A stretch of 64,000 nucleotides of DNA from the human T2T-CHM13v2.0 reference genome, Homo sapiens. This document shows, one piece after another, positions 29,101 to 44,026 of the stretch (positions are counted from its first letter, which is position 1; each line of letters opens with the position of its first letter). The stretch lies in NCBI RefSeq assembly GCF_009914755.1, contig NC_060936.1. One strand, written 5' to 3'. The position numbers were made by a program, and so were the translations under genes. A model generated the notes under the pieces. That model did no database searches, was not told where the DNA came from, and was given only the letters and a program-made list of their open reading frames with translations.

Positions 29101-31307
29101 TCAGCATGGTTAGGCTAGGACCCTATGGGAGAGGCAACATAACAGGCTCTAGGGTTAGGGTCCCCAGGTTTGAATTCCAGCCCTGCCCCTAATTTCCCAA
29201 GTGACCTTTAGGATTTCCTGGGCGCTTGTGTCTGAGAGATGGGCGTGGCAGGGTTCCTACCGTCTAGTTCCGATTAAAGTTAAGTAAAAGAATTGGAGGT
29301 TAATTAGCTTGTATCATAAGGGGGAAGAATAGAAGGAGGAGATTGAGAGAGATTAAGGGTCTGATATTGTTCAGGGACAATGGGTATGGAGAGGAGGGGA
29401 GGCATTAGATGTAAACACTGCAGTGTCAGCCAGGACAGGATGTGGCATCTGCCTGGGAGGCAGGGAGAGGGAGAGGGGCTGGCAGCCTGAGGGTTTCAGT
29501 GTAAGAGTGTATGAGGGGTGTGAGGTGTGTGCATGTGCTGTGTCCGAGGATGTGTACACATGTGTGTATGTGTTGGGTCTGTGTGTTTGGTATATGTATG
29601 TTGTGTATCTATTTTGCCTGTGTGTGCACATGTTGTATGTATGATTCACTTTAATTTTAATTTTCCAGGGCTAGCTTTGGGAGAAGTGTCCCAAGCAGCA
29701 GGAATGTGAACAGGTGAGGCTTCCAGCCCACAGGAGCCTGCAGAGAGTGTGCGAGACTGAATTGGAAGGATGCCCACAGTGTGGTTTTCTGTGCCTCTGT
29801 TGCCTTCTCAAGTCTCCTGAGTGACATTCTGGGCTTAGGGCTTGGAGCCATGTGGGTCATCTATCCAGGAGAGGTAGGCACTCGGGTGACTTGAAAAAGA
29901 ATCTTCCCTTGCAAGGTCCATGTCCCTGCAACCACTGCCCCCTCACCTTCCCCAGCCCACTTTTTCTATGACCTTGGGAGAGTGTACTTCCGGGCGACAG
30001 TGATGCCAAAATAAATACCACGCCGGTGCTGGCACTGAACCCTGGAAAAACACTTGCCAAAGAGCAAAGTATAATAATGCCCCCAGGCAGGGAAAGGTGG
30101 ATCAATGGATTTGGGGACAGATGAAGGATAGAGGGAGAATGGGAGCTGAAGGACGATTCTTTTGGCAAGGTAGCCTGAGCCTTGTGTGGGCTACTGAGGA
30201 TGGTTCCCTCTGGGGTTTAAGGATGAGCGTACAACTCTCAGATTTCTGGGGGAACATTTGGAAACTTCCACTACATGTTCCTGCTGTGGCCCTATTTCTC
30301 TATCTGCAGGAGGGAATGGCTTGGTTTCTTGGAGACACCTCCCTCCTTAGATGAGAAGGGACCCAGTGAGTGAGGGAGGTCATGAAATCATTCTCCCTGG
30401 CTGGGGTGGAGGGTTGAAATGGAGTCCCGGGTAGTGTCCTCTTCTCTTAGGGTTGACAAGGGACATCTAGCAATGACCAGTGAACACCTATGCCTGTAAG
30501 ATGTCTCTGTGTCTGTGCACACCTGTGCCTGTCTCTGTGATCCACAACTGTAACTTTGAGTGTGGTACATTCAGCAAGCCTCACCCAGCTTTGGGAGAGA
30601 CAGACACTTGGAAGAATATAAACAACTCCACTACATTCTACTGGGAAACCTGAGGGAGGTTAGCTCCTGCAAGTGTTTTCTGTCTAGTTCCTCATACCTG
30701 TCTCTCCCTGTGAGCCACAGCTTAGCTCAAGGGGCAGACTTGCTCACACTCACCTGTCTTTTCACCTTTTTCTTTCCCTTTCATTGTGCCACATGTAGTT
30801 TCTCAGTCTTTTTCTCCCCTGTGCAACTATTGCCTGCTTTAAATTCATTCTGTTTTAAATAGTGAGTTTGATTTCTGTTTTCCAAGTTGGGCCCTGGCTG
30901 GGATAGAGTAGTGATCAGAACGGACTAGGTGCCCGTAGTCATGGAACTTATATCTTTGCTTGGGGTTGTGGGGAGGACACAGAAAATAACTATAATATGC
31001 CAGGAGGTGATGACGGAGATAGGTGATGGAGAATCCCATGCTGGGGATGGGGGGAAGGGAAGACCCTTTTGATGAAGTGGCATCTGGGCTGCAGAAGGTG
31101 AGGAAGTGAGTGCGGCTGGTATCTGAGAGAAGAGTCTGCCTGGCAAAAGTCCCAAGGGGCAGCATCCTGGCACGCTGGAAGCAGTGAGAATACTGCATGG
31201 CAGAGTGGAGTGAGTGGGAGGGGTGGTGGTAGGAAATGCAGTGGAAGAAGCAGTGGGGGGCAGACCATTCAGGATACTGCAGACCACTGTGAGCACTTTG
31301 GCTTTTA

Positions 31308-31553
<246 letters not shown>

Positions 31554-31604
31554 TTAGATCATTTTAGCTGCTGAGTGGAGAATAGACTGAAGAAGCAGAG
31601 AGAC

Positions 31605-32062
31605 CAGTTTATCTACCCAGCTTGCTACATGTAACAGAAAATCTAAGATTTTTTTTTTTTCATCTTAAAAAAATCCGGAGGTCACGGTTGAGAGCTGGAA
31701 AGGTAGCTTCCCAAAGTCATCAAGGATGCAGGCTTCTGTATTGCTGTTTCACCATCCTGAGTTTTGGCTTTCACCCTCCTGGATACTTCATGGTCTCTAG
31801 TGAGTGCTGAAACTATGGACCCTGGACCCACTCTGAAGGGAGCAGAAGGAGCTGGTCTGCCCCCCTTTAACAAGTCTTCTCATCAGTCTCATTCAGCATT
31901 TCTGATTCCATCCCAACCACCACATGGGAGACACATGGCCACACCTAGCTGCAAGAGAAGCCAGGAAATATAGCTTATCTGTTACACATATTGTCCAGGT
32001 TTTTGTCCCTGAGGAAGAAGGGGAGGATGGATTTTGGATGGCAGTTAGCATCCTCTACCACC
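31605..32062 (-). mobile_element. MLT1J-type MaLR LTR
   Basis: cacatggccacacctagctgcaagagaagccaggaaat...gaggaagaaggggaggatggattttgg. Confidence 0.65.
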
Positions 32063-32241
32063 CAGTTGGAAGGCTCTTGTAATAATCCCAGGGAGAGGTA
32101 ATGTTGGCTTTTACCAGTTGGTAGTGGAACAGATGGTGCAGGTGGTCAGAATCTATAATATTTTGAAGGTAAATCTGACAGCATTTGCTGAAAAATTGTG
32201 TGTGTGTGAGAGAGAGACAGAGAGAGAGAGAGAGGAATTTC

Positions 32242-32618
32242 TGCTATGGAATAAATGTTTGTGCCCCCTAAAATTCATATTTTGAAGTTCTAATCCCCAA
32301 TGTGATGGTATTTGGAGGTGGGGCCTTTGGGAACTGATTAGGTCATGAGAGTGGAGCCCCCATGCATGGGATTAGTGCCCATTATGAGAAGAGACCTCAA
32401 AGAGATGACTGTTTCTCTGCCATGTGAAGATACAACAAAAAAGGAGGCTGTTGTCTGCAAACCAGGAAGCAGTCCCTCACCAGACACTGAATCTGCTGGC
32501 ACTTTGATCTTGGATTTTCCTGCTTCTACAATGGCGAGAAATAAACGTTTGTTGTTTAAGCCACTCAGTCTACCGTAATTTGTTATATCAGCCCAAGCTG
32601 ATAAGCTTTGACTAAGAT
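32242..32618 (+). mobile_element. MaLR LTR (MSTD/MLT1A-like)
   Basis: tgctatgg...ccccaatgtgatggtatttggaggtggggcctttggg...aataaacgtttgttgtttaagcc. Confidence 0.8.
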
Positions 32619-33349
32619 CAAAGGGAGGATGATGCCAGGTTTTTGGCCCGAGCAGCTACAAGAATGGGGTTGCTATGGACTGAACTGAGAAAGGCTCTTG
32701 AAGGAGCCCCGTTGGTGAGGGAGTGTTGTCTTGGCTGTGTGAAGTTTGAGAGGCTTAATAGACATCTTGGTGGAGCTTTAAAGCAGGCAGTTTGATACAT
32801 AAGGCTAAAGTTCTGGGGGTGTTTCTGGGCTGGATGATGTTTACAGCCAAAAGATTGCATGGGACTACCTTGGGCATGGTACAGATGGAGAAGAGGACGA
32901 GGTCAGGAAGATGGGAGGGGCCAGCAAAGGAGACTGGGCAGCAGTGTCCAGTGAGGGAGCAAGGGAACAGAGTGGGGCATGTCTTGGAAGCCTGTAGGAT
33001 ATAGTGGGTCAAGGAGGCCAAGATTAACTATGTCATATGCTGCTGAAGGTCAAGGAAGACAAAGTGGGGTTTAATCAATCAAAAGGTGATTGATAATCTT
33101 GAGACTCTACTCATGGGGAACTGAAACCTGCTTGGAGTGAGTTCAAGAAAGACTGGGGTCAATATGATGAACTAGATATTCTGAAATTTTTCTTCCACTA
33201 CAAAGCAACTGGAACCTGCATAGAACATATCTTTCCTTGCATTATCGGGCTGGCAAGAAGTCAGGGAACTTCCCAGGAAGCACAAATCCTCAAACCGTGA
33301 GCTGAGAGAGGGTGAATTCCAATTTGCTGCTAAGGAGTGAATTCACAGC

Positions 33350-33551
33350 AGTAAGCTGCTTCTGCTGGGCACAGAGATTCAGGGGCATCAGGGTTCAAAG
33401 TTCTTAGCCTCAACCACATTTGATCAAACACCCTCCTTCCAAGGTCACTCTCCTTTCCCACCGGTGCGCAAACTTTGGCATAAGAGACCTGGAGCAGCTG
33501 AACCTTTAACTGGTGTTGCAACTCTGAAACTCTTCCAATCAGACCAGCCAT
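33350..33551 (-). mobile_element. ERVL-class internal (gag-like) fragment
   Basis: ORF 33330-33551(-) contains LIGRVSELQHQLKVQLLQVSYAKVCAPVGKESD, which resembles the ERVL gag motif RVAELQRKL...QVSYVKVRALIGKEWDP. Confidence 0.6.
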
Positions 33552-34534
33552 GGTCCTCAGCCCTATGTTCCCTGTGACTACAGGAAATGGGAGAATCCTC
33601 CAAAGCTGCTACGAAGGCCTCCTGTTCTCTACATGTTCCTGATTGTATATTAATAGTTCTTTCTCTCTCTCACTCGTTCTCCTAATTATACACTCTAGCC
33701 CTGTAAGAAGAAGCCAGGTGACTACGATTTTTACAGCGCACCATTGTTGTCATAGCAACTAAGTGCTGAAGCCAGTCCATCTCCTGGTGCCTTTCTTTCT
33801 CTCGACCTGCACTTCTTCCGGTGTTACCACTAGAGACAACGGGAGTAATACGATGCAGCAAGCTCAAAACATGGATTACTAGTGTCTCAGTTCCCCATGG
33901 CAAGGAAGGCTATTATGCCAACTGTTGAGAAAATCATCAGATGCGAATGACCTTGGCCAGACTTGTTGCACGAAACCTCAGGAGAGTGATGAATATTAAC
34001 AGAATGTGGAAGATGTATCAGGAACACCACACAATTTTCCTGACATGGTGATAGTGTGGATGATGGCATGCTGACAGGATAGTCTCCCCTTCCTTCTAAC
34101 CTCTTCCTCTGCCCACTGAGTCTATAACAGCCAAAAGACTGGAGTAGTACAGGGTGCTGCTGACCTGGTAGCGGTTTTTCTAGTAGCATATAAATTATCA
34201 AAATTAATTCAAGAATATTTTGAAAAATGGACAGTCGAATCACAGCAGAATTTTAAAAGATGACTAAAACCTACATAGTACTAAAAAGGCACAGGGATCA
34301 GCTGACTTTAGAGCTGAATTATATCTAAGTTTTAAGGTAGCGTTCCTCAAAATTTCCCAGGTGAAGAATCAACTTTAAAAATTTTCAGAACATTGTAGAC
34401 TGATATCTGCTAATAAAAATAAAACAAAAAGACATGCAAAACACAAACCCCAATTTTCTATTAGTAGATTCAGCAGACATAAAATTACTCTGTGGAACTG
34501 CAATAGAAGTTTCTAAACACTCGCAATTCTTGTG

Positions 34535-34951
34535 TGTGGTAGGCAGAATAATGCCCCCAAAAGATGTCCACATCCTAATCTCTGGAACCTATGAATATGG
34601 TACCTTACAGGGCAAAAGGACGTTGCAGAGGGGACTAAGTTAAGGACTTTGAGACGGAAAGATTATCCTGTATTATCCAGGTGAGCCCAATGTCATCATG
34701 AAGGTCCTTATAAGGGAAGGAGACTTGAGGAGTGAAGCAAAGGTGGGAGTGAGATGAGCTGAGGAATGTGAGCAGCCTCTAGAAGACTTGAACAGGCAGA
34801 GAAGAGCTTCTCCCCTAGAGCCTCCAGAGGGAGCACAGCCCTGCTGATGCCTTGACTTTTAGCTCCTTGAGAATTCTGACCTCCAGAACTGTACCATTCA
34901 TGCCAGTAAGTTTGTGGCAATTTGTTACTGCATCAAAAGGAAATTAAAACA
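34535..34951 (+). mobile_element. MLT1D-type MaLR LTR
   Basis: TGTGGTAGGCAGAATAATG start. 5-bp TSD ttgtg/ctgtg. Confidence 0.8.
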
Positions 34952-35049
34952 CTGTGCTTACCTTGTTGTGGATTGGGAATGTACATTTGGCAGACTGGCA
35001 CTGGTTTGAGGGCCACACTTGAAGTAGGGATGCTTTAAAGACCATATAA

Positions 35050-37420
35050 TTTGATGTTATTTGAATTATTGCAGTCCATAGAAAAAGATGACGAGCTTCC
35101 CAATTCATTTTATGAGGCCTGAATATGCTAATATCAAAATCTAATAAAAAGGAATATAAAAATAAAACTATAAAGAATTTTACCGGTTAACATAGAGGCA
35201 AAAATTCTAAAACATATTAGCAAATGAAGTTGGCATTATATTAAAAGAATAGTGTACTATAATCAAGAAGAGTATATAAATAAGCATAAGGATGATTCAT
35301 TATAGAAAATCTTATTAAGAAATATTTTAATATATTTTATCACATCAACACATAAAAAGAGAAAAATTATTAATAGATTATTTCCAACTTAGTAGATTCT
35401 CTAAAGGTCATTATTATACTCATCAGCCATTCTGAATTAAACTCTAGATAAAAAAAGAAGCCAGGAAACTATAGAGACTATATATTAAAAATCAGTAACA
35501 AACATTTTACAAATGACAAAATATGAAAGCAATTGCCACTTATATGAGGAAAATATGGGGTGCTCACTATCTCCATTATTACTCAATATTATTTTGAAGG
35601 TTTTATCTCATATATTTAATAAAAAAGGAAATAATCAGAATTAATATGGTAAAAAAGAGAAACTGTATTTTCATTTACAGATGATTAGCTGATTAAATGA
35701 TACATTTCTAGAAAATCTCAGGTAGTCTGCTAACAAAAACCTATAAAAGAACTTGGGAATATGTTTGGATGTAAGACAAATGCAAGAAAAGCCAGTAGCT
35801 TTTTTCTAACCCAGAAAAAACCCCAGTTAGAATTAGAAATGTAAAAATATATTCCTTCTTCAATGTTGAGGAAATGAGTGGGAACTGCTAGTACATTTGG
35901 AAAGAAGAACAATGAGAGCACTGGCACTCCAGATATTAAAACTCATTCTTAAACTACTATAATTCATTCATTGGTTCATTGACTTTTTGAGCACCTACAA
36001 TGGGGAAGGCACTTTTCTAGGCATTGAGGCATCTTTGGGGCACTGGAGAGATAGCAAAGAGAATATAAAAAACAAAGTCCTTGTCCTATGGAAGTTGTAG
36101 TGTGGCTTTGACACAAGAATAGAACAGAGTTTAAGTTAGAATAGAAGTTATAGTATGGCTTTGACAGAAGAATAGAGAGAGACATACTCAGTAAGACTGA
36201 GTGGAGAATCTACATGACTTAAGTCTAATTGGAATTCAGTGGCTGATTTGTCACTTAATAAAAGATGTAAGAATAATCAGCTTTCAACTAGAAGAAAACA
36301 GTTCCTTACTTTACCTAATGTATAAAACATATTCCAGATGGCCTAAACAATTTTTAACCCCTCCATCTCTAAACTTAGATGAACATTCAGGAGAATATGT
36401 AAATCCATGTAAATCAAAAAGATCTTTTTAAGCAAGGGAGAAGAGAAACTGAAAAAGAAAATAAACATTTATGAGAACCTACAAATTTAAATGTTGTCCA
36501 TGTCAAAAGATACTATAAATGTTAAAAGATAAAATAGAGTAGGATATATATTTTTAGCTATACATATGATATTCAGAGGGCTACTATTTTTCTTATGGAG
36601 GGAATGTCTATAAAATGACAAGAAGAGAAAAATAACAATCACCAAACTAGCCATAATTATAAAGAGGAAATCTATTGAAAGAAAATACATATTGCCAATA
36701 AAAATATGGAAATCTTTCTGATCATTAGGGAAGTGAAAATTAAAACACCAATTAAGGAATTTTTTTCAGCTATCATATGAGGAAAAATTGGAAAATTGAT
36801 AAGATTGAGCAGTACCAAGTATATGGGGAAATTCATGGGCTGTCAGTGAGAACATGGCTTGCCACAATCTTTCTGGAAAATAATCTGACAATATCTATTA
36901 AAATAAAAATATATAAATCATTTGTCCTAACGTTCCCAATTATGGGACTGTATACTATAGAGTATACAGAAGCACACATACATAGGGATGTATGGACAAA
37001 GATGTTTATCACAGACTTGTAGCAGCAAAAACCAAACAGATAAATACATACATACATTCAGCTAAAAAAATGAGAACCAAAACTAAAACCACATAGAAAA
37101 AAATACATGTGTGTCTGTCTATAAGGGGTTACTTGCGTAGATTGTGGTACAATCTCAATACTGTCCAGCTGTTAAGAGAGTGAATTGGATCTGTATAGTG
37201 GAACCGGAAGAATGTTTCTACCAAATCATTAAGTTAAAAAAATGAGTTGTAAGAGCACACAGTGAGATTCCTTATGTGAAACAAAACAAAACAGCACAGA
37301 TATTGTTTATAGGATCTTAGAGAGAGGTGTGGAAGACTATATACAAAACTATTCACATATTACCTCAGGAACTGGGATTGGAGAATGTGGGACAGGAAGG
37401 GGTCATGAACTTTCTCTATC
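35050..37420 (+). mobile_element. Old L1ME ORF2/3' remnants
   Basis: cttcccaattcattttatgaggcc and later L1 3' motifs; heavily degenerate. Confidence 0.55.
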
Positions 37421-37541
37421 TCTGTGCTATTTAGTGTAAGAAAAGAGCTTTGTAAGGACAGGGATTTGTATCTTGTTCATTGCTGCCTCTTTGGTATCTA
37501 AAACATAACAGGCAGCTTGGATCCATTCAGTAAGATTTATT

Positions 37542-37859
<318 letters not shown>

Positions 37860-38569
37860 TTATTTCTTTAATTTAAAAAAAAAATGGGATAAGACAATGG
37901 AGAATTTAGAGTAGAGTAACCAAGAAGAGATGTGGAGAGGGCTACTGCAGAAATGAAAGCTCTCTTCCTAGAGTAACCTGGGAACTTTTAAGTCAGGAGT
38001 CAAAAAGTATATGGACGAGGAGCTAGCCACAGGGTGAATGTAAAGGGGATTAAGCAAGCAACTCTCCCAGGAAAAACGAGGGTCCTCTTCTCCACTTGTT
38101 TTCAGGAGTGGCTGGTTTCAGTGTTTGCTTCCAGGTGAATGTGAAGGGCTCAGCTGGTATGAGAGGTCAGAAAGAGACAGGGCAGGATCTGATGTAATTC
38201 TGGGTTTTCAAAGTAGTCTCAGAAAAAACAAAAAACAACGGGCTGTTACAGAGAACCATACTAAAGCCAGTCATTTATAGCAAATTCATTCCCAGATTGC
38301 CTGCTAGCTCCCCATTCACACACCACAAGGGAATTGGTTGGCAACCTCCTCATCCCATTTATCATGAGCCTGCAGTTGGCCAGCTCCAGGGAGAGACAGT
38401 CCCCCTATACAAATGCTGAAGGAGCCAATGCCTGGTGTTGATGATATTCAACTTAGTACTTCATTTAAAGCAAAGAATTAGCAAATATTTGAGGAAAATT
38501 AGCATCATGAAAAAGAAGTGTGAAGAAGATTAAACAGGATGACTAGCTAAGGAAGAAACAGAGAAAGAT

Positions 38570-39670
38570 ACCCTAGAAGAAAACCTAGGCAATACCATTC
38601 AGGACATAGAATTGGTCAAAGACTTCATGACTAAAACACCAAAAGCAATTGCAACAAAAGCCAAAATTGACAAATGCGATCTAATTAAACTAAAGAGCTT
38701 CTGCACAGCAAAAGAAACTATCATCACAGTGAACAGGCAACCTACAGAATGAGAGAAAATCTATCCATCTGACAAAGCTCTAATATCCAGAATCTACAAG
38801 GAACTTAAACAAATTTACAAGAAAAAACAAACAGCCTCATCAAAGAGTGGGCAAAGAATATGAACAGACACTTCTCAAAAGAAGACATTTATTCAGCCAC
38901 AAACACATGAAAAAAAGCTCATCATTACTGGTCATTAGAGAAATGCAAATCAAAACCACAACGAGATACTATCTCATGCCAGTTAGAACGGCAATTATTA
39001 AAAAGTCAGGAAACAACAGGTGCTGGAGAGGATGTGGAGAAATAGGAACGCTTTTACACCATTGGTGGGAGTGTAAATTAGTTCAACCATTGTGGAAGAC
39101 AGTGTGGCCATTCCTCAAGGATCTAGAACCAGAAATACCCATTACTGGGTATATACCCAAAGGATTATAAATCATTCTACTATAAAGACACATGCACACA
39201 TATGTTTATTGCAGCACTATTTACAATAGCAAAGGCTTGGAACCCACCTAAATGCCCACCAATGATAGACTGGATAAAGAAAATGTTGCATATATACACC
39301 ATGGAATATGATGTAGCCATAAAAAAGAATGAGTTCATGTCTTTTGCAGGGACATGGATGAACCTGGAAACCATCATTCTCAGCAAACTAACACAGGAAC
39401 AGAAAACCAAACACCGCATGTTCTCACTCATAGGTGGGAGTTGAACAATGAGAACACTTGCACACAGGGAGGGGAACATCACACACTGGGGACTGTTGGG
39501 GGGTAGGGGACAAGGGGAGGGATAGCATTAGGACTAATACTTAATGCATACAGGGCTTAAAACCTAGATGATGGGTTGTTGGGTGCAGCAAACTAGCATG
39601 GCAGATGTATACCTATCTAACAAACCTGCACGTTCTGCACATGCATCCCAGAACTTAATATGTATAAAAA
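38570..39670 (+). mobile_element. L1PA (about PA7-PA8) 5'-truncated element
   Basis: ORF2 C-terminus and 3' UTR (ORFs 38847-39170, 39202-39444). 17-bp TSD aagaaacagagaaagat at 38553-38569 and 39671-39687. Confidence 0.95.
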
Positions 39671-39940
39671 AAGAAACAGAGAAAGATGAAAAAAACCTTC
39701 AGAAATGATATTTAGTATCTTCAGAACATGTTGAGAGGATGTGATATTCATAATTCAAGGGCTAATCATACACAAAAAAATTCTTACAAATTAAAATATT
39801 GCTTATCAAAAGAAAGTTCCAAATAATTAGAAGACATGATTTTAAAATTAATCGCTGAGTTGGAAATCAAGGTATGATCCCATAACATAGACCAAAAAGA
39901 CAAGGAAATGGAAATTATGAGGATAAAGATAAGAGATCAA

Positions 39941-40209
39941 ATATATATACACATATATATGTATATATACACCCACATATATACATATATATGTATATAT
40001 ACACCCATATATACATATATGTATATATACACCCATATATACATATATGTATATATACACCCATATATATACATATACATGGGTGTATATACACCCATAT
40101 ATATACACCCATATATATACACCCATATATATATACGCATATATGTATATATATACCCATATATATATGCATATATATGGGTATATATATATACACACAC
40201 ATATATATG
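39941..40209. repeat. AT-rich minisatellite, unit about 28 bp (gtatatatacacccatatatacatatat and variants)
   Basis: Tandem units are directly visible. Confidence 0.9.
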
Positions 40210-40952
40210 TTAGAAGAATAACAGGAATTAGGAAGGAGCAGGAGGAGGAGGAGAAAAATTTAAAAAGTGAAGATATATTTCATACTTCTGATCAAAAGTA
40301 CATCCTGAGGGTAGAAGGGAATAGCTAGGTGAAATTTCCAGATTCTGAATTTTAGGGCTAAGGATAATAACTTACGAGTTTTCAGAAAATAAATTACACG
40401 CAAGGAAAAGCCAGTTGGAAGGGCTAAAGACTAGTTTAAGATTAAATGTCAGTGGACAAGGGAGCAGAGGCTACTTGGTTCTGAGGAAAAAGAATTGAGA
40501 AATTGAAATTCTGTAATTAGAAAATGTCATATAAAATTTGGCAAAAATAGGGTTTTGCAAATGTGCCATACCATTTCTGGAGAAATTACTATTAGATGAA
40601 AAATTCAAGAAATAAATGATGGAGATTACAATCATAGTTGGTGAGCAAGAAAACTTTTATGCCTCACAGTTACATTTAATAACAATTATTATTAATAATA
40701 TATTTCATACAATTACTAATAGTGATTCCTATGATAAAATAGTGTATAGTACAAAACTGATAACTTGGAAGTAAAATCATACTAACATTTGGGAGGCATG
40801 ATTGGGAAAGACAGAAATTAAAAATGATACATATCTTATTTTGAGGGGCAATCACAATGATTAATGGTTGATACTTACAGGGAAATGTCTCTTTAAATAG
40901 CGTTATTAAAAAATTAAATGTAATAGCTGGTAGAATGGCTATAGTATGTATA

Positions 40953-41480
40953 TTTTGGCAGAGATTTCAGTTGCCTATCTAGTATCCTTTCTCCTCTTCT
41001 TCCTTACAAAGAGAAGGAAGTGGTGCTATGCTCAACTAAAATACCATGTTTTATTATTTTCCAGCCACACTTGCAGATTGGTATATACTACATATCTATA
41101 GCCACATCCATGTGATTATGTTCTGGCTAATTCTATGTAAGTAGAAGTGCTGTGTGAGACTTCAGAGAGGGCTCCTGCAGTGGAGCTGATGCAGTTGAAC
41201 ATGCCCTTTTGCGCCCTTCCCTCTTTCTTCTCCTTGTTGCGTGGAACTTGGGCATGAAGGTGGGAGCCCTAGCAGCCACCTTGTGACTTTGAAAAAAAAA
41301 TTACTCTCCAAGAATGGTGAAGCAGAAAGAGAGTGGAGCCTGGGTTCCTGAGGGCAGTGGTGCCTCCGTCTCAGCCCTGGACTGTCTTCTTCTAGACTTG
41401 TTTTACATGTAAGAATGTATGTCTTCAGCGACTCTTCTTTTGGGTTTCTTTACTCAGTGGAATCAAGTACTGACTGATAT
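40953..41480 (+). mobile_element. MLT1J/K-type MaLR LTR (paralog of 12560-13080)
   Basis: tggcagagatttcagttgcctatctagtatcctttctcctcttcttcc...ttccagccacacttgcag. Same left flank as copy A. Confidence 0.65.
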
Positions 41481-43528
41481 ATAGATCCTTGAAACCACTA
41501 GAAGAGAAATAGAAGCAACAACCTAAAACCCAATGGATCTTGCAAAGGTCTGTAAGGGAAGAATAAAAAATACAAAAATGAAGGAAAAAAGCTATGAAAA
41601 TAATAGACGGTAGAGTCAAAAAGTAAAATCCAGAAGTATGTTTTTTACAAGAGATGCACCAAAAATAAATGAACACAGCAAGGTTGAAAAATAAATGGAT
41701 GGACAAATATATATGTGAGGTAAATGCTAACCAAAAGAAAACAAGGTTTGATACCATGGAAGGATCAAAGCAGAATCAAGTCCAAGATCTTTAAGTGGTA
41801 CAAATAATACTGTTTTATTTAGAAAAAAAGGTGTGATTTGCCAAGAAGCTAGAACAGTCACGAACTTTTTTGTACCCAAACTACTTTGCACTGACACATA
41901 CAAAACAAAATCTGTTAAAAATATAAGAAAAAAACCCAATAATCATAACAGGGGACATTTAAAATATCTCTATTTAAAAAACCAAAAGAAAACAAACAAA
42001 CACAAAAGAGAAGATTTGAGTACTATGATGAAGAAGCTTTATTATGACTTTGTGCACAATGAACAAAGAATTTTAATTCCCATGGGGCATTAAAAATGGG
42101 ACATGGATCAATACTAGGCACTAAAGAAAATCTCGATAAACAACTAAGTTTGAAAATGTACAGGTCACATTTTCTAATACAATGCCACAGAAGTAGAATT
42201 AAAGACAAAATTCGAAGTAAAACATTTCAAACCACTTGGAAACACTAAAATAAATAAATAAATAAAAGAACAAAAAAGAGCAGTTTTCTGAATATCTTCC
42301 TGTCAAAGGGAAAAGTGAACATTCAGTTACTGGCTATTTGGGAATTGACAACATGGACACTTCACATCTTAACATGTGGTTGCAATCAATGTGGTTCTCG
42401 GAGAATTCTTCACTTTTAGTGATTTCTTTATTGCAAAATGAGATGTATCAAAAGCAAATAAACCAAATATTTAGTTTAAGGAACTAGAATATAAAGCCAA
42501 ATAAACTAAAAGAAACTAGGAAGGAATGAATAGACATAAAAGCAGAAATCATTTAAATAGAACACTGCAAACAGAGTGAAACACGGTTCTCAGGAACACC
42601 TGTTTCCCTCAGAGGCTCCTGAAGTGCAGCCTCATGTGCTCTGCAGCCTGTGCTCCTCAGGCTGGGAGGGGGAGTTCACAGTCACATTGAGCACCTTGGT
42701 CTGTATTGCAGTTTCCAGACCACACAGCTTACTCTGCTCCCCTGAGGCTCCTGTCCTCTGGATACCCCTTCTTATTACATCTTCCTTTCATCTCCCAGTT
42801 ACTCCCCTTCCTTCATTTAGACTGACTCTTGGATCACCCATCCCACATCCTGCCAACATTCCAGATAATTTTGTTTTCTAGAGCTTTCCAGTTCTTTTAC
42901 CTCCTCTTTTCCAGTAAGTTTCATCTCAACTGCATTGGCAACACACAGGCCTAATTCGCTACCTAAATTTGCTCCATTAATGAAATTCTTCATTTCAATA
43001 TCACCCTGCCCCTGACTCTTCCTGCCACCTATTCCTGACTCTCTGCCATAGATAATTCATTGATGCCTTTTCTCTCACCTTCGGTGCCTTGGCTTCTCCA
43101 TCCCTGTCTTGACCACCTTCCCTTTCTGGGTTAGATTTCCTGATTCAATACACTCAATGCATGAAATGTAGAAGTTCTGGTTTATGTGTGGAAAGTGACT
43201 AATCAGTTTTCCTCACCTGCCATCAAGATCACTAGCTGATTTATTGCAAATTAAATTATTAATTCCTAATGAATCATCAGGAGCCCTGAGGAGTCATCAG
43301 CTTTGAGGAGTGTGAGGATAATCTGGGAAAGCTTCATGGAGGGAGAGGCCTGAGGGGTGGCTGATCCGGGGCTTGTCAGCAGGGAAAGGGGACGTAGAGT
43401 GGGGTGGGAACGCCTCTGGGAGCCCTGAGGATTCAAAGGGTGATATAATTTGTGAAGGGGCCAAAATATCATGGAGGTCCCATCAGAATGGATGGAAGAA
43501 GTTAGTGCTGGGAATACAGTATGGGTGA

Positions 43529-43851
<323 letters not shown>

Positions 43852-44026
43852 GAGTCCACCTCTTCTGATCTTATTTATGATTCCAGGAACTCCAGGTGGT
43901 GAATGAATCCAGAAATCCTCCAGCCTTGCCACATACCTTGGATCCCTCCTGTCTTCTGGCCTTTTCCAGTCAGTTACGCCTCCCTCGAATTCTGAAAGAG
44001 TAACTCACAGAGAAAGGGACAAGCTC

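Larger units (their letters stand above)
38440..42570 (+). mobile_element. Old L1M ORF1 to early ORF2 remnant (copy B)
   Basis: Colinear with 11160-14270. Ends at taaaagcagaaatcatttaaat, matching taaaagcagaaattaactaaat in copy A. Confidence 0.6.

Noticed and set aside
33853-34080. Possible processed pseudogene downstream of the RFX/ETS cluster
   Set aside because: The frames I translated are interrupted, with no recognisable homologue, poly-A tail or TSD.
39848-40328. Stack of Tyr/Ile/His-rich ORFs; superficially CRISPR-like periodicity
   Set aside because: Artefact of an AT-rich minisatellite. There are no unique spacers and the context is eukaryotic.
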